This document shows positions 59,011 through 64,000 of a stretch of DNA of 64,000 nt, piece after piece. Each line of letters begins with the position of its first letter. Positions within the stretch are counted from its first letter, which is position 1. The notes under the pieces are model-generated. The model was not told where the DNA came from. It searched no databases and saw only the letters and a program-made list of their open reading frames with translations. The position numbers were made by a program, and so were the translations under genes. The stretch is taken from NCBI GenBank assembly GCA_017745075.1, contig JAGIAD010000001.1, positions 702,876-766,875 of the forward strand, in the 5' to 3' direction. The DNA is from Sphingobacteriaceae bacterium. GTDB taxonomy: Bacteria > Bacteroidota > Bacteroidia > Sphingobacteriales > Sphingobacteriaceae.

Positions 59011-60156
59011 TTATTTTAAAATTTTAATCCTCCTTCCTTCTATCTTAAATTTAAACTTATCAGTAGATTCTAATATTTTTAAGGTTTCCTGCAGGTTGTT
59101 GTGTTTTGAAAAAGATCCGCCGAAGTAAATCCCATCAAAATCGCCAACATACTCTATATCAACATCGTACCACCTGGCTAATTTTTGCATTGCTTCTTTA
59201 ATTCCTTCATTATTGAACACAAAGAAGCCATTTTTCCAGGCGATATATTCTTCAACATCAACATTACTTACTTTGAACTCCTTATCGTGGAAAACAGCCT
59301 GCTGTCCGGGTTTTAACAAACCTGTAGCCAGCGGACTAAAGTTTTTAACGGCTACCCCGCCTTCTACCAGGGTTGTTTTAATCTCATCATCATCAGCATA
59401 GGCACTTACATTAAAATGGGTACCCAAAACACTTATTTCCTGTTTTGATGTTTTAAGTTTGAAAGGCTTGTTTTTATTCCTGGCTACTTCGAAATAACCT
59501 TCACCGGTAAGTTCTACCATTCTATATTTGCCTGTAAAAGCAGTAGGATATTTTAATGATGACATGGCGTTTAACCAAACTTTGGTTCCATCGGGTAATG
59601 TAACCTGATACTGGCCACCGGCTGGTGTACTGATGGTGTTAAAACCTGGCTTAGCCTGTGCTGAATTATTTTCCAAAATGGTATAAACCAATTGCCCGTC
59701 GGCAGTTTTGGTAATTTGAATTCCCTCCTGCCTGGATATTGTACCATTTAGCGCCTGATCTAAATTAATTTTAGTTCCGTCGGCAAGTGTTAAAAAGGCT
59801 TTGTTTCCTCCGGGTTTGATTAAACCAGCTAATTTGGTTGTCTTTTTTACGTTGGTACGTTCATTTATAATAAACAAACCTAAGCCCAAAACAATAATTA
59901 ATGAGGCGGCTACAGCTAAGCGATAAAAATACCTGTTTTGACGTTTCTTCTCGTGCTGCCCTATTTCCTGGTTAATCCTGTTAAAAATCTTTTTGCCCGT
60001 TTCTGCATGCTCTTCCCCATCTATCTGTTTTTCGCCCTCCAGAAGATTTTGATCCAACTGATCATTGTACCAGGATTCTAATTTAAGGCGTTCTTCCCCA
60101 CTGGCAGTACCGGCTATGTATTTTTCTGTTAAACTTGTTAATTCTGCTTTTTTCAA
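59011..60156 (-). CDS. FecR family anti-sigma factor
   Basis: N-terminal anti-sigma segment (LTEKYIAGTASGEERLKLESW), a TM helix (LAVAASLIIVLGLGLFII), and a FecR domain (GEGYFEVARNKNKPFKL..VLGTHFNV). Confidence 0.9.
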   Translation of the reverse strand: MKKAELTSLTEKYIAGTASGEERLKLESWYNDQLDQNLLEGEKQIDGEEHAETGKKIFNRINQEIGQHEKKRQNRYFYRLAVAASLIIVLGLGLFIINERTNVKKTTKLAGLIKPGGNKAFLTLADGTKINLDQALNGTISRQEGIQITKTADGQLVYTILENNSAQAKPGFNTISTPAGGQYQVTLPDGTKVWLNAMSSLKYPTAFTGKYRMVELTGEGYFEVARNKNKPFKLKTSKQEISVLGTHFNVSAYADDDEIKTTLVEGGVAVKNFSPLATGLLKPGQQAVFHDKEFKVSNVDVEEYIAWKNGFFVFNNEGIKEAMQKLARWYDVDIEYVGDFDGIYFGGSFSKHNNLQETLKILESTDKFKFKIEGRRIKILK

Positions 60157-60249
60157 TTGCTCGTGGTTTGGTGTATGTACCCAAAACGAGAAGTATCCCC
60201 CAAAAGAATTTTAATTATTTTTATAAACAACTATTTAACAGCTAATTAT

Positions 60250-61105
60250 ATTTAATGAAATTTAAAAAAATTACCATATCAGTCATTGAAGGAAGTTTAA
60301 GACTACCCTAAATGAACTTATATGCCTTAAATGGGTGAAATACCTTTCGATATCTGATAACCATATAAGCCACTAAAGAAAATATAAGATTACCTTAAAT
60401 GAAATTATATGCCTTAAATGGTGAAATACCTTTCGCCCTCTGATAACCATATAAGGTCATTAAAGAAAATATAAGATTACCTTAAACGAACTTATATGCC
60501 TTAAATGGTAAAATACCTTTCGTCGTCTTATCACCATGTAAGCCACTAAAAAATATAAGACTACCTTAAATGAACTTATATGCCTTAAATGGTGAAATAT
60601 CTTTCACCATCTTATCACCATGTAAGCCACTAAAAAAATATAAGACTACCCTAAAGTGAACTTATTTGCCTTAAATGGGTGAAATACCTTTCGATATCTG
60701 ATAACCATATAAGCCACTAAAGAAAATGTAAAACTCCTTAAATGAACTTATACGACTTATGGTGAAATACCTTTCGCCATCTTATCACCATATAAGTCAC
60801 TAAAGAATATATAAGACTACCTTAAATGAACTTATATGCCTTAAATGGTAAATACCTTTCGCCATCTTATCACCATGTAAGCCACTAAAGAAAATATAAG
60901 ATTAGCTTAAATGAACTTATATGCCTTAAATGGTGAAATACCTTTCGATATCTTATCACCATATAAGTCACTAAAGAAATATAAGACTACCTTAAAATGA
61001 ACTTATTTGCCTTAAATGGTGAAATACCTTTCACTATCTTATAACCATATAAGCCACTAAAGAAAATATAAGATTATGCCTTAAATGGTGAAATACCTTC
61101 ACCTA
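60250..61105. repeat. Tandem array of about 10 copies of an ~86-bp non-coding unit
   Basis: The anchor TATGCC/TTTGCC occurs at 60321, 60408, 60495, 60579, 60665, 60751 (variant), 60835, 60920, 61006 and 61075, giving periods of 84-87 bp and a final 69 bp. A degenerate leading copy starts near 60250. No ORF of 60 aa or more exists on either strand. Confidence 0.9.
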
Positions 61106-61689
61106 CCCCAGATACCACCAAGCAACAATATGGCCCAAAATAAGAATTCGCCCATTTCGGTACGAAGGAGGCGTAATGCAATGGTAATCTGGTTTTCTAC
61201 CGTTTTTGGAGAAAGATTTAACCGGTTAGCAATTTCTTTTACACTAAGGTGCTCTTTTCGGCTCAGGATAAAAATTTCTTTACATTTTTGAGGCAACAAC
61301 TCAATACTCTCATCCAGGCGTTGTGCAATTTCTTTTTCGGTAAAGGCATTTTCGGCATTATGTGCACTCACCAAAAGATCGGTATCATGAAGTAAATCGG
61401 TGCGTAATTTACCATCTCTAATGGCTTTAAAAACCTGAAAACGAACAGCAGTAAACAGATAATTATTCAGATTATCGACCGAAGTATGCTCGCGTTTTAA
61501 CCAAAGACTCACAAATATCTCCTGTATAATATCTTCAGCGGCCTCCCGATTACGTAAAATATGATAGGCTGATAAATATAACCTGCTCCAGTACCTGTTG
61601 TAAATTTTTTCGAACGCAGACCGATCATTACTTTGCATATCGGCAACAAGCAAACTATCAGGCCATAGTTGTAAATTATCAGGTTTCAT
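61099..61689 (-). CDS. ECF (sigma-70 family) sigma factor
   Basis: Region 2 (AEDIIQEIFVSLWLKRE), region 4 HTH (LSRKEHLSVKEIANRLNLSPKTVENQITIALRLLR), and a hydrophobic C-terminal tail. Confidence 0.9.
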   Translation of the reverse strand: MKPDNLQLWPDSLLVADMQSNDRSAFEKIYNRYWSRLYLSAYHILRNREAAEDIIQEIFVSLWLKREHTSVDNLNNYLFTAVRFQVFKAIRDGKLRTDLLHDTDLLVSAHNAENAFTEKEIAQRLDESIELLPQKCKEIFILSRKEHLSVKEIANRLNLSPKTVENQITIALRLLRTEMGEFLFWAILLLGGIWGR

Positions 61690-61821
61690 TAGTTTAGTAT
61701 AAAGAATATCTTTGCAATACTAAGCAAAAAAATAACGGCTCAATTTACATATTTTTTACAAAGTAGCATAAATGTTGCATTGTTTGCGAGGCAAGTAAAC
61801 TGAGTTAACAATTAACCGGCA

Positions 61822-62289
61822 TTACAGCGGATAAGCCGTCTCACTTTTTGGCTCTGATAGTACAAAGTAGCTTTGAACGGTTGTAATATTGGGCAGTGTG
61901 GCCAGCTTATTCCGTAAAAATTCATGATAGGCATCCATATCTTTAGTAGCAATACGCAAGATAAAATCGTGTGCCCCGGTCATTTGAAGACACTCCATTA
62001 CTTCTGCAAATTTGGAAACTTCGGTTTCGAATTCGATCAGGGTTTTAGCCGTATGTTCTTTCAGCAAAACATGTGAGAACGCAATCAGATTGCTGTTGAT
62101 TTTTTTGCGATCAAGGATTGCCACAATTCTTTTAATATAACCTTGCTCCTTTAACCTCCTTATACGCTCGTGTATGGTTGCTATCGATTTATGCAGCTTT
62201 AATGCTACTTCTTTATGGGTAAGAGCGGCATCATGCTGCAGTAATTTCAATATTTCGATGTCAACCTGGTCTAAATCTCCTTGTATCAT
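61822..62289 (-). CDS. Lrp/AsnC family transcriptional regulator
   Basis: LDQVDIEILKLLQHDAALTHKEVALKLHKSIATIHERIRRLKEQGYI plus a C-terminal RAM-like domain. Confidence 0.9.
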   Translation of the reverse strand: MIQGDLDQVDIEILKLLQHDAALTHKEVALKLHKSIATIHERIRRLKEQGYIKRIVAILDRKKINSNLIAFSHVLLKEHTAKTLIEFETEVSKFAEVMECLQMTGAHDFILRIATKDMDAYHEFLRNKLATLPNITTVQSYFVLSEPKSETAYPL

Positions 62290-62487
62290 ACGCTTAACGG
62301 ATTGAAAAAAAATATAAAGGGCATTAAAAAACCCGACACAAACTGAAATAAAAATTAATAATCACTCAAAAAAACAGAAAATTTATGTAAAAAACGACTT
62401 GTATTGACATAAAAAATAATATTACGGAGTTTTACCGAAATTTTAATCAATCAAAACAGCTCTCCCTGATTTAATTTAAAAACATCC

Positions 62488-63534
62488 ATGAGAACGTTAA
62501 CAGCTAATGAAATGACTTCGGCTAAAAATGGAAAATTTGAACATTTATCGCTTCTGGTTGGCAATACGCCCATGCTGGAACTGACCTATACCTACCAGGG
62601 AACTATGGGTAAAATCTATGTTAAATGTGAGCATTATAACCTAACCGGCAGCATTAAAGACCGGATGGCACTTTACACTTTGAAAAAAGCTTATACCGAA
62701 GGTAAAATCAAAGCCGGAGACCGTATAGTTGAGGCCACGAGCGGCAACACAGGGATTGCATTTGCAGCAATAGGCAAGGCACTAGGTCACCCGGTTACCA
62801 TTATTATGCCCAACTGGTTGAGTAAAGAGCGCATGGATATTATTAAAAGTTTAGGCGCCGAAATTATTCTCGTGAGCAAAGAAGAAGGCGGTTTTATCGG
62901 TAGCATTAAACTTGCAGAAAAAATGGCTGCAAACAGTAATGATATCTTTTTACCAAAACAGTTCGAAAATATTGCCAATCCGGAAGCACATGAATATACT
63001 ACGGGCAGGGAAATCTGGGGACAATTGCAATTGAAAAACCTATCGCCTGATGCTTTTGTAGCAGGAGTAGGTACCGGGGGAACCATCATGGGCGTAGGTA
63101 ATTTTTTAAGAAAGCAAAATGCCAGCATTAAAATACACCCGCTTGAGCCTGCAGAATCGCCAACATTAACTACGGGTTATAAAGTAGGCAGTCATAGAAT
63201 CCAGGGCATTTCTGATGAGTTTATTCCCGAGATCGTTAAACTGAGCGAACTGGATGAAGTGGTACAGGTAAACGATGGCGATGCTATACTTATGGCTCAA
63301 AAACTAGCTGAGAAATTAGGTTTAGCGGTTGGCATATCTTCAGGTGCCAATGTAATAGGCGCCATCAAACAACAGCAAAAAATGGGAACTGAGAGCTGTG
63401 TGGTAACCATCTTTTCTGACAGCAATAAAAAATACTTAAGTACCGATTTAATGAAGCAGGAACCAGTTAAAGCAGGATACATTACCCCTGAAGTAGATTT
63501 TCTGGATTACCAGGCCTTTAGCAGATTAAATTAA
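62488..63534 (+). CDS. Cysteine synthase family PLP-dependent enzyme
   Basis: [10 protein letters not shown], the PLP-lysine motif [20 protein letters not shown] and [10 protein letters not shown]. The start may be the Met at 62512. Confidence 0.85.
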   Translation: MRTLTANEMTSAKNGKFEHLSLLVGNTPMLELTYTYQGTMGKIYVKCEHYNLTGSIKDRMALYTLKKAYTEGKIKAGDRIVEATSGNTGIAFAAIGKALGHPVTIIMPNWLSKERMDIIKSLGAEIILVSKEEGGFIGSIKLAEKMAANSNDIFLPKQFENIANPEAHEYTTGREIWGQLQLKNLSPDAFVAGVGTGGTIMGVGNFLRKQNASIKIHPLEPAESPTLTTGYKVGSHRIQGISDEFIPEIVKLSELDEVVQVNDGDAILMAQKLAEKLGLAVGISSGANVIGAIKQQQKMGTESCVVTIFSDSNKKYLSTDLMKQEPVKAGYITPEVDFLDYQAFSRLN

Positions 63535-63557
63535 TCAACATAACCAATAAACCACAA

Positions 63558-64000
63558 CATGAAAAAAAACATCTTTTTGTTCTGTGCCGTATGCCTGACC
63601 AGCCTTAGTGCATACAGCCAGATTTTAAAGCCTGTAACCTGGAGTTATGCGGCAAAAAAAACCGGTCCAAATACCGCTACCGTTTTCATCAAAGCCACTG
63701 TAGATCAAGGCTGGCACCTCTATTCGCAATTTGTTAAGGATGGAGGCCCTGTTAAAACAACCTTTACTTTCCCTGCATCTGCTGCTTATACCCTGGTTGG
63801 GAAAACAACCGAACCAAAAGCGATAACCAAATTCGAATCTACTTTTAAAATGGATGTAAGCTACTTTGAAAAGTCGGTAGTATTTCAACAGAAAGTGATG
63901 CTGAAAGGCAAAACCGCAACCGTTAAGGGCAGTGTAGAATTTATGGTTTGCGATGATAAGCAATGTTTGCCACCAGAGCAGGTCGACTTTAGCATTCCTG
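63558..64000 (+). CDS. DsbD N-terminal-domain-like thiol:disulfide interchange protein (3' partial, runs off window end)
   Basis: My own translation from ATG 63558: MKKNIFLFCAVCLTSLSAYSQILKPVTWSY...VEFMVCDDKQCLPPEQVDF. It has a signal peptide and the conserved C..C-containing beta-sandwich end. It is absent from the ORF track because no stop codon lies within the window. Confidence 0.7.

Noticed and set aside
60250-61105. Tandem repeat array considered as a CRISPR array
   Set aside because: The whole ~86-bp unit repeats head-to-tail at about 85-95% identity. There are no unique spacers between short conserved repeats, and no cas genes are in the window.
60250-61105. Tandem repeat considered as coding for a repetitive protein
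   Set aside because: Unit lengths vary (84-87 bp), so the frame is not kept. TAA/TAG stops occur in every frame of each unit. The six-frame track shows no ORF of 60 aa or more on either strand.
63625-63963. 112-aa minus-strand ORF at the window end
   Set aside because: It is antisense to a much better plus-strand reading frame starting at 63558, which has a signal peptide and a DsbD-N-like domain and runs off the window.

Overview
The window reads as chromosomal DNA from a Bacteroidota bacterium. Gene content looks Sphingobacteriia/Pedobacter-like and GC is about 40% by eye, but this assignment is inference only. I call about 48 protein-coding genes. I found no rRNA, tRNA, CRISPR array, transposase, integrase, phage gene or recognisable defence gene. 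Coding content, left to right: (i) A partial AraC gene, a GH88 plus DUF2264-like pair, a LysR/methyltransferase divergent pair, and an S41 peptidase. (ii) An ECF sigma (interrupted by a -1 frameshift in an A7 run), a FecR gene and an STN-domain TonB-dependent transducer, followed by two lipoprotein genes. (iii) An 11.3-kb, 10-gene minus-strand operon. It joins a serine-palmitoyltransferase-like enzyme, a GNAT acyltransferase and an epimerase-family reductase to inositol-3-phosphate synthase, PgpA, GtrA, a DUF5686 outer-membrane-type protein, a CDP-alcohol phosphatidyltransferase-DUF4833 fusion, a fatty-acid hydroxylase and a PAP2_3 (AUR1-like) enzyme. Together these predict a complete inositol-phosphorylceramide pathway. 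(iv) A TonB receptor / beta-helix lipoprotein / beta-propeller phytase operon next to a TPR-LuxR regulator. (v) Two convergent SusC/SusD loci. One is AraC-associated and has no CAZyme. The other is ECF/FecR-controlled and is followed by GH2, RraA-like, enolase-superfamily dehydratase, SDR, SMP-30 lactonase and Na+/solute symporter genes. (vi) An Lrp/cysteine-synthase pair and a partial DsbD-N-like gene. Non-coding highlights: about 10 tandem copies of an ~86-bp unit sit between the second ECF sigma gene and its FecR gene. There is also a family of REP/MITE-like palindromic elements (GTCATCCTGAGC... type), a pair of related hairpins, hairpins between each FecR gene and its transducer gene, and a GTTACA repeat cluster upstream of the phytase operon. 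All functional calls come from motif recognition by eye; no searches or computations were run.
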